IMG/VR virus record: IMGVR_UViG_3300032288_001980
Location: 119,899 to 183,898 of that record
Length of the DNA stretch: 64,000 nucleotides
Direction: 5' to 3' (one strand)
DNA from: a virus
A program made the position numbers and the translations under genes. Within the stretch, counting starts at the first letter, position 1, and the number at the start of each line of letters is the position of its first letter. Of the stretch, positions 12,901 to 20,458 are shown piece by piece. Under the pieces are notes generated by a model, which was not told the DNA's origin, did no database searches, and saw only the letters and a list, made by a program, of their open reading frames with translations.

Positions 12901-13106
12901 CCTACATATAAGTTAATATCTTCGGGCGAGCCTTTGCTTATTAATTTGTCTAATGTATTGGATAAAAATTTTGTGTTAATATCGGTTCGGATATAGCCCG
13001 GCAAGAAGTTGCTAGATTTGATTACTTCGTTGCCAGCACCTTCCCCGGGTACTGTATTTTTACTGGCCACTACGGGCTGTGCGGAGAAATTCTTCTTTTC
13101 TGCCAT
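3966..13106 (-). CDS. Giant baseplate wedge protein (3046 aa; T4 gp7-position analogue)
   Basis: Uninterrupted 9.1-kb ORF following the gp25-like and gp6-like genes; synteny-based call. Confidence 0.7.
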   Translation of the reverse strand: MAEKKNFSAQPVVASKNTVPGEGAGNEVIKSSNFLPGYIRTDINTKFLSNTLDKLISKGSPEDINLYVGKKSGTVYRPTKDFYLEEPRSIRSDYQLEPGVVFNDINGNVTDSLTYDDFLSQLKLNWNRTKPDQLDSEYYVWNPPIDADMFTNFTSYYWLKFDPLPIQLEGTINVASDIIGKLEYTTPVQPNGKTLTFHNGMKIYFINKNTITSLSGPNSGSGYNNGFYQNVPLVGQDETVTGSGVRVNLTVSGGQVTSVVLIDGGQGYKVGDMLRASPGIIGAGSLFSVTVTGITAPTVTPAEYVSDPDPLVDPEYYIVSGVGDSIKLIPSIELDPRTSYTMLAYVPWDGVNWDRKRWDTSEPAPIQKEYIVMERGARDQNPWSRTNKWYHVDAVKEVCEFLGVNSADYLKVEQRAARPIVQFIRDLELYNYGKNPITPVDLVIDNIAPATITSESAFIVDGIQLKNDYRVVFINGNHNYNNKIYRVTGVGSAISFVLEPDSPSIDSTDDKLFVLRGSTYIYKELWFDGTNWVLGQNKTKRNQFPLFTMYDKNAVSIGNTNEYPDSDFAGNTLFQYQVGSVYDEELGFEVSYGSTNFDIVDNASPFAKTFTNLLFDVTQNYPLYYRDSLNLRSQIPGNYYYQYWDEKLGRYNQSNGWVKNSEPPKTYQRVSKPVNNKYSDNVISIPLDSTPSYTYMVTQENSKPVFWCLSKAGEWERFDPVTNTLVVPVLGQATVYNMSGLSLTFINDIDNTPAGFVTNNGATEGSIEIYATTQTNFRYLFNGTTGKVIVTDAYNDPRSFLVRVNGYDKTEGFTYQENAGLIEITVEPSILSNGDIIEVLFESSVEWGIYAVHNTLEANADNASFTSVGYNQVFNHFKSKLLSTYGFEGHGYGKNNYYNIHKNPGSGWVIQQQENSSLKLAALLRLSETNPINALRFGAEQSKIFRQKFLQKISMLDSEVDVTELTPAEQLDKALADINIGKASDFTHAYSDMVYYGPVKSSVSYNISEISPQTVTYALPIAVDITDPYRNHVYVYINNRIKTQGVHYTLSNTTVEFIQLGGPCTIDIVVYETKNNSFVPASLSKLGMAPVYKPEVITDNTYPVAKTFIQCHDGSMIVAYGDYRDDIILELETRIYNNIFDGFKQKRFRWTNAEPGLFRSTRVSREDKASYVGDLFRLWKTTNGINQLDNTAFYQQTNKFTWNYTTVSNGLGGSWRSIYKALYDTDRPHTHPWEMLGYSVKPTWWDTHYSWTDPYKRQPLIDALQLGNVACPPAVLVDHMVARPSAIFPVNNLGHLLDPVTAGITSAPSQEAAQLDWAAGDLGNQELAWIRSEEYPWAAAQWYFTVAPNKYIEKSWQPEFEGTDFYNTQYSVSKLQSSRPPVGEYIFHREIYGDNIYSDNTTIRYGLENIIAESLISDSKTLADYFYNQIRYATVQNIFKLGGFADKRNLSFLADSLKVQSGGNFIPEESYNLTFYKGTPYKEFFYSGVKVIYNGKGYEVQGYDFINPYFTVYKPKPTSRVTEFTYSNITVKESLDWETTPSLVDYGTVFNSREGVVNFLLGLQRWIVDQGVVFGDFDTTMNGIKDFRQSAQQFLFWSETKWAEGYYIALSPCANKLIISNPQGFVEDFNVMTRGFAPLIDKDKVPLDISNVKISREDDGVTVISTKSDQTGLFGIRIRILDIEHAVIFDNITAFNDIVYDPVLRLKQYRLKFIGQRTADWQGRPSAAGYLINGSTVIANYDRTISDMETRYFSIEGSTLNTRLVETARHNLGINTTSYLDNLLLNPSVTFEFQRGMIRQQGTPAVYSKLLRNTNVEGTINTLQELEVDEEWMFKLGDFGANETNQSWSLQLKQKEFKDNKQLFRFRPDYDPTTEISNIDRSTDRIVDIMASDNRWIDRPGAENLTFPVRKKSELTDDQNEVVFDTDLPNAGFINFDDVDFVTADTTSVKDLYDSIDVTTKPTIWIGNYKEGKWSVLSQQKSYTITEIVKADDSPTGPTNVTFSEAHNMTAGDVLLITGSNSSDTIDGIVTVDSVIDSDTIQISTIVTDPGTEGTVYLYAPVVFKTKTLLEASRTSPRYNWVDNELAYVEEESGYKVYQWQYEYRVEDDITLIPVLYQNFDLYDQESPLVDTYKIHEVNLYDYKLDRILIDLELYDPYKGIIPSVADIEIDHKGSVDPAQYEITTDDNISVNPDSYWTHRQVGTVWWDTSNVKYVEYEQGTLDYRIKNWGKLFTGSSIDIYEWIETSVDPIAYNEAVKNGTPVDGQVPTGTAKITPNGDISNNSYSTVVYTTETGAQATKYYFWVKDKTTLPNNRKERRIPIATLASIITDPTNSGISWFAPVSKDSFIIANVTQFLNDTTTSLQIKFKADDTNVHSQWMILRENDGTTGIPEWLHIRLRDSLVGYDSTTYTTTYTDYQPETAYTFGSIVKQNNSYYRAFRTFTAEDLTRAFGQQPFYKLYEYTLLANNTIKMPLPNDVPDPRLNQFNRYGNRIRPTQQSWIKNRSEARRNFVEVVNQLLAEIDLVNTIANWDRHLQDFTKGEHFYELTKFWNYIDYVDPSYDATIPYSYEVESEQVIFQLTETLNNGDYILVKNDAIGKFAVYEYVDGQQILRYRKNGTIAFKEILFNSQKQQDLWDNGPWDFKRWDPEPSQEFYEILTALREDIFINRFAKYYNKLFFAMVRYVYSEHNRVDWIAKSTYLHVDNLAVKGLDQKPFYEKDTVEQFIDYIDQTKPYHSKLREVLDTRDVTDSGEITVEEYVYPSVKLKFNRTGQGPSLVNSINPNTDTSNPTTMDFNTYEPGLNRRPWDFPGVGVDPTREQLEALLDAIYNGGDFGILPEQLQIIIDGAPFNILRLEQNPDEELAILKAGDALEILVETRYPREAQIYELGEYELYSFRMLKSLNNEWSYSRIANDAKTTLVTAITPESEYIEVEDVTKLSGVDITFRHPGVIFIDGERIEYYEANGNILGKLVRGTLGTGAASHSAGAVVMDADPVQTIPVEREKTGAIIFNKPTVIFNEPGKTLKESRTLAAIFVTEKEGDLNR

Positions 13107-13107
13107 C

Positions 13108-16100
13108 TTAAACCTTAACTTGTTTTAAATTAACATCAGTTAGTTGCGTAATAATATCAATGTCATCGATTGTTGAACTACTTATAAACAACTCATTTGC
13201 CCCACTGCTGACTTGGAATAAGTCTCCAAAAGTATTACTAGTGCCTTGTGGAACTAAAACCACAGAGCTAATGGAACCAGCTAACTTAGTGTGTATGTAG
13301 GCAGCAAGTTCTGTAAAGTAAAAAGTTTCGCCAAATGTCCAGTTGACTATGGCAAAAAATTCATCTATTGCAGCCAGCACTTTACTTTTAATTTCGTTGT
13401 CTGTCATTGCTGTACCTGGCATTTTAATTACTTTAAATCTACCCGATAGTTCTTTATCTGCATACTTGCCAAACAATAATTTGTATTTGGCAGGCCTGTA
13501 TACAATAGTATCACTGGAAGTTTTTACATCTTCTAGTGTAGCAAAATTTTTGTACAATTCTTGTGGTGTTGGCGGCTGTGGCATATCTTGTACTCTGCCA
13601 TTGTTCTTTAACCAACGTCTAAAGCTCATGTCGTAGTCACTGGTTAGTACAAATAAATCAATGATATTAATTGTACTAGGATCAATACGCTGATTGCTTT
13701 CGGCAACGTGATGCCACTGCATATACAAACCTTTGCGGCCTATTACAGTTTTAGTTGTTGCAGTATCATCGTATTCTGTATCGTAGGCCTGTTGGAAGGT
13801 TATTCCGTTAACAGTAGTAAAATCTAACTTGATTTGATTTGATCCTACTAGCGTTTCAAATACATATGGATCGTCTGGTAAAAAGTCGCTGTTATCGTCA
13901 GATACGCTGACAACCAACTTAGTATTGTCTGTAAAACTATCAGCACCGATAAAATACTTGTCACTCTTAAATTCAGATTTTTTACCTAACATGCCGTTGC
14001 CTAACGCATTGGTATTGGTTGGCAAGAAATAAATGCTGTCACGTTCAATTTTCGTAGTTTCGGCATTTAGAGATTTCTTAAAGTTTTCGTTAAAGAAACG
14101 TACTTTGTTTTCACTGCCAACAATATACCTTAGGCCTTTGTTTACAATAACATACTGTCCATTTTCGTAAGTAACTTTTATTAACCAACTGTTGTCTTTG
14201 TTAAGCTCGCTGACATCTCCTGCAAACTCGTCGCTGTAAAACTCACTGGTTCCTAAATTGTTTTGTGTAACAATTTTATAAGTTTGTGTTAGATAATCGT
14301 AACGAATACCAAATGTATTTTTGGCTGCTAGCAATTCAAATATTAAATTGTACTCAGTTGTGCCAAAAACCTGTTTGAATCTAGGAACAATGCGGCTAAT
14401 AGTACTGTTAGATTTAATATTTTTAGACAACGCAATAGTTCCTGTGCCGTCTAACTTTTTACCAGTATCAGCGCCAGTTAAGTTTTGTTCTCCAAGACCA
14501 TTGCCATATATTCCTGTTACTGCGGCCCATGTTTTAGTTCCGTTGGTGTCAAATTCAACTAACGATCCTTGCTGTATAAGTCTCATTAATCCTGTTGTTG
14601 CTGACCCCACTTTGATAACTTCGGCTGTTGTTCCGCTTTGTGGAATTCCTGTAAAGTAGCCGGTGCTGGCACCACTGTTAATTGTAGCTCTATTCCATGT
14701 AACATTAGTTGGCTGTCCTGTTATCTCGCTGTATGTTACTGCTGGGTATATGCTGTAAAACATGTTAACTAGCTCGGGGCTAGAAAATAAACCGGAAATA
14801 TTTTCTCCAATTAAATTACGTAAGAAATAGTTATTGCTAACAGTATAGTAATTAGTTGTGTAAAATTCATCTTTGTAAATGTAGCCGTCATCACTGAAAA
14901 TATCTAAACTTTGATTTGTTCCAGTTGGATCAGTAATGTTAGTGTATCGACTGAATCCGCTGTGAATTCTATTAACTGCTCTAATCTTAAGAATATTAGA
15001 ACTTTGAGTTAACGGATACACACTATAGTCCTGACCTGTTACCATGCGGTCTTGACTGTAATAAGCATTAGGTGCGTTAGCACGTACACTTTCTATAGTT
15101 TCAGAAGGTGTACTGTTGTTTACTGTATATTCTAAGTCAGCAGTTAATGTTAGGAATTGTTTCTTTCCTACTCGGTCAAAGTATGCTATTTCCCAAGTGA
15201 TGTTTTTCATATCGTCTGGGCGAATAGTATATGTTAGTCCATTGCTGGTACGAGTCCATATTCTAATAATTCCACGTGGAACATCACTAAAATAGCCGTC
15301 ACCAAACTTAACGCTGATTTTATCACTGTCGCGTGTGATTACGCTACAAATTTTTCTTTGACCCAAACTATAGCTGTTATAAATTACGTTGTTACCTACC
15401 AAGTTAGGAACGTTTTTCCAGGTGTTGACTATGCTACCATCTTCATTAATAGTTTGAATGTAAACATCTTGCTCGTTAATATTTTCAATATCTACGTCTA
15501 ATACACGATTTTCAATATAGTCATTTAACTGAAAGTCATTTTTGTTTAATTGACCCTGCTTAAATGTTACGAAGAATCCTGTGTTTGCACTGGTGTTTCC
15601 TGTACCATCATTTCTATAAAGCAAATTAAATGCCGCATATGGATCTGGAATAGCTTCTTCGTAATAGCCTAGGTCAGCAAAGTCGCTGTTACAAATTTCA
15701 AAATTACTACTAATTCCAGCGACGCTGGCATTGTAGCTAACGGCCACTTGTTGATCCGGTACAGAATTTAAACTGTATAACTGACTAGTAACTCCGCCTA
15801 CAGTTCCTGCTTTTACAGGGTTTCCAAATAAATGGTTGGCTATAAAGACGCTGTTCATTACTGTGATAAACTTTTCAAAACTATCAGGATCATTTACCCC
15901 AGCCCATTGAATTACTTTATTGGCCAAGTTATTTCCAGTATTGTCTAAGACATTTTCTGTAGTTTTGATAGATTTGATCTTTAATAAGCCTTGGGCGCCA
16001 ATATTACGCTTTGGGTTATAACTTAAAAATCTAGCTAGTCGTAGTACGTTTTCTTTTCGTTCTGCTGTATCAATAAAGTTTTCTCGACTGTTTAAGTCGA

Positions 16101-16335
16101 TACGAAAACCTAAGTTTTGTCCTAAGAACGCAACTAAGTCAATAAGGGCAACAAATTCACTGGATTGAATCCAGTCATTGAAATCTTCAGGGTAGTTAGT
16201 GCGAATGTAATCAATCATTGCAGTACGCAATGTATCAAAGTCGTAGGCTTTAAAATCAGCGTTACGGAAACTTTGATATACACTTTGCCAGTTTTCTGCG
16301 GCAAATAAATTTTCTTGTCTAATAGTTTGAGTCAT
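13108..16335 (-). CDS. gp6: Baseplate wedge subunit, T4 gp6-like (1075 aa)
   Basis: DFDTLR...Y..NYP..FND....SEF.ALID..A; E.F.DTA; FGDG.F..VP; ES.ESVR.NAP..Y..Q.RMVT..DY. Confidence 0.85.
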   Translation of the reverse strand: MTQTIRQENLFAAENWQSVYQSFRNADFKAYDFDTLRTAMIDYIRTNYPEDFNDWIQSSEFVALIDLVAFLGQNLGFRIDLNSRENFIDTAERKENVLRLARFLSYNPKRNIGAQGLLKIKSIKTTENVLDNTGNNLANKVIQWAGVNDPDSFEKFITVMNSVFIANHLFGNPVKAGTVGGVTSQLYSLNSVPDQQVAVSYNASVAGISSNFEICNSDFADLGYYEEAIPDPYAAFNLLYRNDGTGNTSANTGFFVTFKQGQLNKNDFQLNDYIENRVLDVDIENINEQDVYIQTINEDGSIVNTWKNVPNLVGNNVIYNSYSLGQRKICSVITRDSDKISVKFGDGYFSDVPRGIIRIWTRTSNGLTYTIRPDDMKNITWEIAYFDRVGKKQFLTLTADLEYTVNNSTPSETIESVRANAPNAYYSQDRMVTGQDYSVYPLTQSSNILKIRAVNRIHSGFSRYTNITDPTGTNQSLDIFSDDGYIYKDEFYTTNYYTVSNNYFLRNLIGENISGLFSSPELVNMFYSIYPAVTYSEITGQPTNVTWNRATINSGASTGYFTGIPQSGTTAEVIKVGSATTGLMRLIQQGSLVEFDTNGTKTWAAVTGIYGNGLGEQNLTGADTGKKLDGTGTIALSKNIKSNSTISRIVPRFKQVFGTTEYNLIFELLAAKNTFGIRYDYLTQTYKIVTQNNLGTSEFYSDEFAGDVSELNKDNSWLIKVTYENGQYVIVNKGLRYIVGSENKVRFFNENFKKSLNAETTKIERDSIYFLPTNTNALGNGMLGKKSEFKSDKYFIGADSFTDNTKLVVSVSDDNSDFLPDDPYVFETLVGSNQIKLDFTTVNGITFQQAYDTEYDDTATTKTVIGRKGLYMQWHHVAESNQRIDPSTINIIDLFVLTSDYDMSFRRWLKNNGRVQDMPQPPTPQELYKNFATLEDVKTSSDTIVYRPAKYKLLFGKYADKELSGRFKVIKMPGTAMTDNEIKSKVLAAIDEFFAIVNWTFGETFYFTELAAYIHTKLAGSISSVVLVPQGTSNTFGDLFQVSSGANELFISSSTIDDIDIITQLTDVNLKQVKV

Positions 16336-16344
16336 CGCTTAACC

Positions 16345-16710
16345 TTATTTTATATCCGAATTAGCATCAAAATTTACTTGTAAATCTGTTACTAAGTCAT
16401 CTGGCAAATAATTCAATCTTATCATTACTACAAATCCGTTATCAACTTGAATGATTTCTGCGCCCATGTATTGAAATCTAATGTCTTGCGTTACTATTGC
16501 TTCGCATTCACGTTTAATAAAAGTTTGTAACTCGGGAGTTAAAGGATCAAAAATATAGTCCCAAACTGCTGTGCCAAATGTTGGCGCCATTACACGCTCG
16601 CCTTTACGAGTGTAAAAATGATTCAATAGATCCTGCTTGGCCAAATCAATATTGTAGGCCTTGAGTGATGGTGTTCGAGTTGTAAAACCTTTATATCTTA
16701 ATGTTGCCAT
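16345..16710 (-). CDS. gp25: Baseplate wedge/sheath initiator, gp25-like
   Basis: KQDLLNHF.TRKGERVM.P.FGT..WD.IF.PL; start revised to ATG 16710 (MATLRYKGF), 5 nt after TAAATA at 16716-16721. Confidence 0.85.
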   Translation of the reverse strand: MATLRYKGFTTRTPSLKAYNIDLAKQDLLNHFYTRKGERVMAPTFGTAVWDYIFDPLTPELQTFIKRECEAIVTQDIRFQYMGAEIIQVDNGFVVMIRLNYLPDDLVTDLQVNFDANSDIK

Positions 16711-16742
16711 ACTAATATTTACCAATAAAATAAACTACATAC

Positions 16743-16979
16743 TTAATGCAACGTAGGTTTAAGCTCATTTATTTTCATCTTTTCAATTAGCTCTGTAATG
16801 TTTTCGTCATTGAGCATTTGATTATTAATCAGCTTAATAACTTCTTTAAAGAACTCAACGTTTTTGGGCAGTTCGCTGATATAGTTTAAATTAGGATATA
16901 TGAAGTCCAACTGGCCATTTTCTTTAATAATAATGGCGCAGTCCTGTGGGTCACATTGATATCCTTTATAGGTTGACAT
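16743..16979 (-). CDS. Hypothetical protein (78 aa)
   Basis: ATG start, TAAATA at 17004-17009 on minus strand. Confidence 0.55.
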   Translation of the reverse strand: MSTYKGYQCDPQDCAIIIKENGQLDFIYPNLNYISELPKNVEFFKEVIKLINNQMLNDENITELIEKMKINELKPTLH

Positions 16980-17033
16980 GAAATATAATTTAATATAAAA
17001 TACTATTTATTTGGTTATTTTCTGGAGATTTTT

Positions 17034-17429
17034 ATGACTATGCATTTGGCTCACCCTAGTTTAACTATGTCTGGCAAACGCAAGGGCAAGAAAAAATTTC
17101 GTAATGCCGAAGAAGCTCGTAAAGCTCGCGCATTGGACGAGTCTTGGCAAGAATTGCAAAAGAAGTGGGGCATCGAAGCAGAAGAAAAGAAACGCAAGCG
17201 AGCGATGACAGCGCCATTGCTGACTACTGTTAAACCGTTTATTCGTGACACTGGTCCTCGTATTCCTAGCCTTAACGGCGGGCTTGATTCCGCTCCTGCC
17301 ACTTTAGCACCTAGTAAAGTGTATACCGGCACCAAAGTCAAAGGTATTGCTACTATGCACAAGTCAAATGCTGTACCAGTATTCAGCGACGAAGAAGCGG
17401 TTGAAATCAGCCGTATGCGTAGGGGTTAA
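17034..17429 (+). CDS. Basic hypothetical phage protein (131 aa)
   Basis: GGAG RBS upstream; Lys/Arg-rich N-term; C-term GIATMHKSNAVPVF. Confidence 0.75.
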   Translation: MTMHLAHPSLTMSGKRKGKKKFRNAEEARKARALDESWQELQKKWGIEAEEKKRKRAMTAPLLTTVKPFIRDTGPRIPSLNGGLDSAPATLAPSKVYTGTKVKGIATMHKSNAVPVFSDEEAVEISRMRRG

Positions 17430-18109
17430 TCTTTACAACTTGTAAAGACGCTGAGTCCTATCTTACGGCGTGCGCCTGCTTGCAAAAAGTTTGTAGATAC
17501 ATGTAAGCATCTGCGATCAAAAACTATTACGTTTCCTGGTCGCCATTCAAATCGTTGCTGTACACTGAGTCCTTCAAAGTTATTGCGGGGCAAATGACTA
17601 CATTCTTCTACTAATTGCTCGTCGAATCCATGGGTAAGTTCAGCAACGTCTGAGTAATCTGTGATAACTTTGTTATATTCTTCTTTGACATCTGTGCTAC
17701 CTTTAACAAAAAACGCCGCTGGTCCATACCATCGTTGATTAAGTACGTATAGGGCATTCTTTGCGGGATTGTACTCTGTGCCGGCAAATACCTTTAAGGG
17801 AAACACAAATGTTTTCCACGGATTAGGGTCAGGTAGACCTGTGTCTGTATGTACTCTATATGGTACTTTGGTATCAAAAAAGTTTGCGTTATCTATTTTC
17901 CAAGTTCCTTGACCCAATTCATTGTTAATAATTGGAGTGATTATTTCTACAACTTTGGGTGTTATGTCGGAAAAATATCTACCTGTAAACTGAACATAGT
18001 TACTAGCATCGTACTGCTGTTGTTCTTGTTTAAAACCAGTATTGTGATGCTCCATTAATAATTCTGTTCTAGTATATAAATCTAAAACATTTTCTAATAC
18101 ATAAGCCAT
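17426..18109 (-). CDS. Putative 2OG-Fe(II)/cupin oxygenase (227 aa)
   Basis: Start revised to ATG 18109 (TAATG overlap with upstream stop). PYRVHTD (HxD) ... W.PGNVIVFDR..LH(V)S distal His. Confidence 0.6.
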   Translation of the reverse strand: MAYVLENVLDLYTRTELLMEHHNTGFKQEQQQYDASNYVQFTGRYFSDITPKVVEIITPIINNELGQGTWKIDNANFFDTKVPYRVHTDTGLPDPNPWKTFVFPLKVFAGTEYNPAKNALYVLNQRWYGPAAFFVKGSTDVKEEYNKVITDYSDVAELTHGFDEQLVEECSHLPRNNFEGLSVQQRFEWRPGNVIVFDRRCLHVSTNFLQAGARRKIGLSVFTSCKD

Positions 18110-18744
18110 TACTGTATGCCTGGATCTTTTTTGTTTAATTGTGCAAATGCCCACTGTCGTTCTGCACATTGGAAACACTGACCGCATCTGCCTACTTGTT
18201 GTTCTGTGCAACTATGGCTAAGTTCTAATAACTGCTCTTGCCCAAATTGATAATACAAATCTAACGTATGTCTTTTATCGAGATCTACAAAAGGAATCTG
18301 AGCTCTTTTATATTTGTTATGTACAGGACGTTCTGGATACAGTCCTGGCATCGGCCATTGTACTGGCGGTGTTTGTTGACTTCCATAAAATATATAATCT
18401 GCTATGCCATTTAACACTTCGATTGTGCCAGTTTCAACTTGTTTGCTATGATGAACAGTTGGATCACCTACCGGAATGGGTGCAGGTAAGTTTAGTCCTA
18501 GTACTCTGTTAACATACTTAACTATATCTGGACTGTATCTATAAGCACCATCAGTTCTGGGAACTGTAAAAGGAATCAGTTCTTTTGGTTGACTGCGCTC
18601 TTTGTTTAGTTTTGCAACTAGATATAACAGTATGGCGCTGTCCATGCCGCCACTAACAGTAACGGCTATTTTAGTTGGCCATTCTGGAATATAAATGTTA
18701 AATGTCCTGCGATCATTGGCAGGTCCGCATGTAATAAGCATCAA
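18109..18744 (-). CDS. QueC-like PP-loop ATPase (short form)
   Basis: IAVTVSGGMDS PP-loop; C-terminal HSC-x7-CGQCFQCAER Zn-binding cluster as in QueC; only 211 aa. Confidence 0.65.
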   Translation of the reverse strand: MMLITCGPANDRRTFNIYIPEWPTKIAVTVSGGMDSAILLYLVAKLNKERSQPKELIPFTVPRTDGAYRYSPDIVKYVNRVLGLNLPAPIPVGDPTVHHSKQVETGTIEVLNGIADYIFYGSQQTPPVQWPMPGLYPERPVHNKYKRAQIPFVDLDKRHTLDLYYQFGQEQLLELSHSCTEQQVGRCGQCFQCAERQWAFAQLNKKDPGIQ

Positions 18745-19445
18745 TGTCTGTGTTGCAGATGTGCAATAACCTTATTGACATTAGCAACTGTAAAAGGAAT
18801 ATTCATAATTAAGTGGATACTGTCGTCTGTCCAACTAATTGTTCTGTGTGTCTTTTTTGTATTTACATAGTAGACACGGCCCTGTTCTATGTTAATTTTT
18901 TTATCGTCCATCCACCAATCATATTGTAGTGGGGCAACGTTTTTAACAAAACATGCCAATCTAAATTCTCTACGAGGAAAGCCCGGGCTATCTCTGTGCG
19001 GAACAAAATATCCGCCGGTATTACACTTAACAAAAAAGCTACGGCCAACAGGTGCAAATTCTTGAAATAAAGGATGCAGACTGGCGCAAGCATCGTAAAG
19101 TGCTGTAGGTTTAGTAAATGCGCTATCACCTACTGGACGACCTAATGCTTGCGCGGCTTCGGGCAAGCTCGGTAAACTACGATGGTCCCAGCCTTCAATG
19201 TCTAACGTAGTTAAACTAAGACCTTTGCGATTGTTTGGTCTGTCTGTTCTGGGCAAATAGTCGACCCAGTCGTTGGAAAACACCGCCAACTCTTGTTCAA
19301 GTTGGGCGGTGTCGATCATATAATCCAATGGCTCGAAGTCTCCGATACCCAGCAATGCAGTTTCTGCAACTAGTTTGTCGTAGTTACTGATTGCTGGGTC
19401 TACTGTACTCCTACTGTGACTTATGCCTTTACCATCTACTGTCAT
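18741..19445 (-). CDS. Asp/Asn beta-hydroxylase-like 2OG-Fe(II) oxygenase
   Basis: GGYFVPHRD (HxD) ... GRVYYVNTKKTH ... R/HLIMN pattern. Confidence 0.65.
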   Translation of the reverse strand: MTVDGKGISHSRSTVDPAISNYDKLVAETALLGIGDFEPLDYMIDTAQLEQELAVFSNDWVDYLPRTDRPNNRKGLSLTTLDIEGWDHRSLPSLPEAAQALGRPVGDSAFTKPTALYDACASLHPLFQEFAPVGRSFFVKCNTGGYFVPHRDSPGFPRREFRLACFVKNVAPLQYDWWMDDKKINIEQGRVYYVNTKKTHRTISWTDDSIHLIMNIPFTVANVNKVIAHLQHRH

Positions 19446-19981
19446 GCGGCCTTTACTAATTCTTCAGGCCAATGTATGTATTCTTTCCATGCATTGTCCC
19501 TAATGTAAATTGTTTGTTTACGAGCAAGTTTAGCCATTTCCCAGTATGTAGGTGCTCTTGGTTGTACCAATGGCTCCATTGGGTCCGTACCTTTAACAAA
19601 GTTACAAGTACGGCATGCTGTTACAATATTGTCCCAGTTAGTTTCGCCACCTTGGCTACGAGGCACCACGTGGTCAAAGGTCAAGTTGTCCACATGAAAC
19701 TGTTCGCCGCAGTACTGGCAACGGTATCCGTCTCGCATATAAACCATTTTACGGTTAAATGCTACACCAAAACTAGGATTAATATATCTTGTAGCCACAA
19801 TGATGCTAGGCACAGGAATAGTCAAATGTTGACTACGTACATGCCAATCATCATAGTTTTTAATTACTGTGGCCTTTTCCGAAAAAATTGCTTTTATAGC
19901 GGTTTGCCAGTCTACCGTGCTCAGTGGCACTAAGCATAGCGGCTGATAGTCTGCGTTCAGCACCAGTGTGTCATTGCTCAT
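19442..19981 (-). CDS. HNH endonuclease
   Basis: RDGYRCQYCG...LTFDHVVPRSQGG.T.WDNIVTACR.CNF.KG; start revised to ATG 19981 (MSNDTLVLNADY), 5 nt after TAAATA at 19987-19992. Confidence 0.9.
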   Translation of the reverse strand: MSNDTLVLNADYQPLCLVPLSTVDWQTAIKAIFSEKATVIKNYDDWHVRSQHLTIPVPSIIVATRYINPSFGVAFNRKMVYMRDGYRCQYCGEQFHVDNLTFDHVVPRSQGGETNWDNIVTACRTCNFVKGTDPMEPLVQPRAPTYWEMAKLARKQTIYIRDNAWKEYIHWPEELVKAA

Positions 19982-20046
19982 AATAATATTTAAGCTAAAG
20001 GTCAAAACGCTAGTATAACATAAAAAAGATTTTCTGCAATTACTGG

Positions 20047-20089
20047 AAATACCAAAGTAAATTTACAGCAAATACCAAAGTAAATTTAC
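20047..20089. repeat. Perfect 20-bp direct repeat AAATACCAAAGTAAATTTAC x2 (20047-20066, 20070-20089)
   Basis: Read directly; 3-bp spacer; abuts the -35 box of the first early promoter. Confidence 0.95.
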
Positions 20090-20091
20090 GG

Positions 20092-20120
20092 TTGACAATT
20101 AATCCAATTAATTATACAAT
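20092..20120 (+). promoter_or_regulatory. Sigma70-type early promoter 1 (TTGACA-17-TACAAT)
   Basis: Near-consensus boxes, 17-bp spacer containing AATCCAATT. Confidence 0.85.
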
Positions 20121-20149
20121 CAATTTATCGTTAACCTTCGGGGCTTGAC

Positions 20150-20440
20150 ATGGATTTTAATATTAACAATTTTGAATTCCTTGGTTGGAATAACAGCACA
20201 GGACACGACAAAATATGGGGGCTGGTACAGACCAGTCAAGGCGTTTTTAGTTTTTGGGGACGGCGTGGCAAAAGTCTGTCCTTCAAACAACATTTTAGCA
20301 TTTGGGACGCAAGGGCCACAGCCGACAAAAAGGAGCGTGCCGGTTATACTAAATGTAGTACTGAAGTGTTACCCGCAGATTTTGAGGGGCAATTAATGAT
20401 GGCCTGCTTGGGCCGTGTAAAATTTGGGCTTGACAATTAA
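20150..20440 (+). CDS. Small WGR-domain-like protein (96 aa)
   Basis: HDKIWG...FSFWGRRG motif. Confidence 0.6.
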   Translation: MDFNINNFEFLGWNNSTGHDKIWGLVQTSQGVFSFWGRRGKSLSFKQHFSIWDARATADKKERAGYTKCSTEVLPADFEGQLMMACLGRVKFGLDN

Positions 20441-20458
20441 TCCAATTTAATATATAAT
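20430..20458 (+). promoter_or_regulatory. Sigma70-type early promoter 2 (TTGACA-17-TATAAT)
   Basis: Perfect consensus, overlaps stop codon of previous gene. Confidence 0.9.

Noticed and set aside
18109-18744. Complete 7-deazaguanine DNA-modification pathway
   Set aside because: Only a short QueC-like gene is present; no folE, queD, queE or dpdA in the window.
19442-19981. HNH protein as IscB/OMEGA effector
   Set aside because: Only 179 aa, no PLMP or RuvC motifs, and no adjacent long non-coding region.
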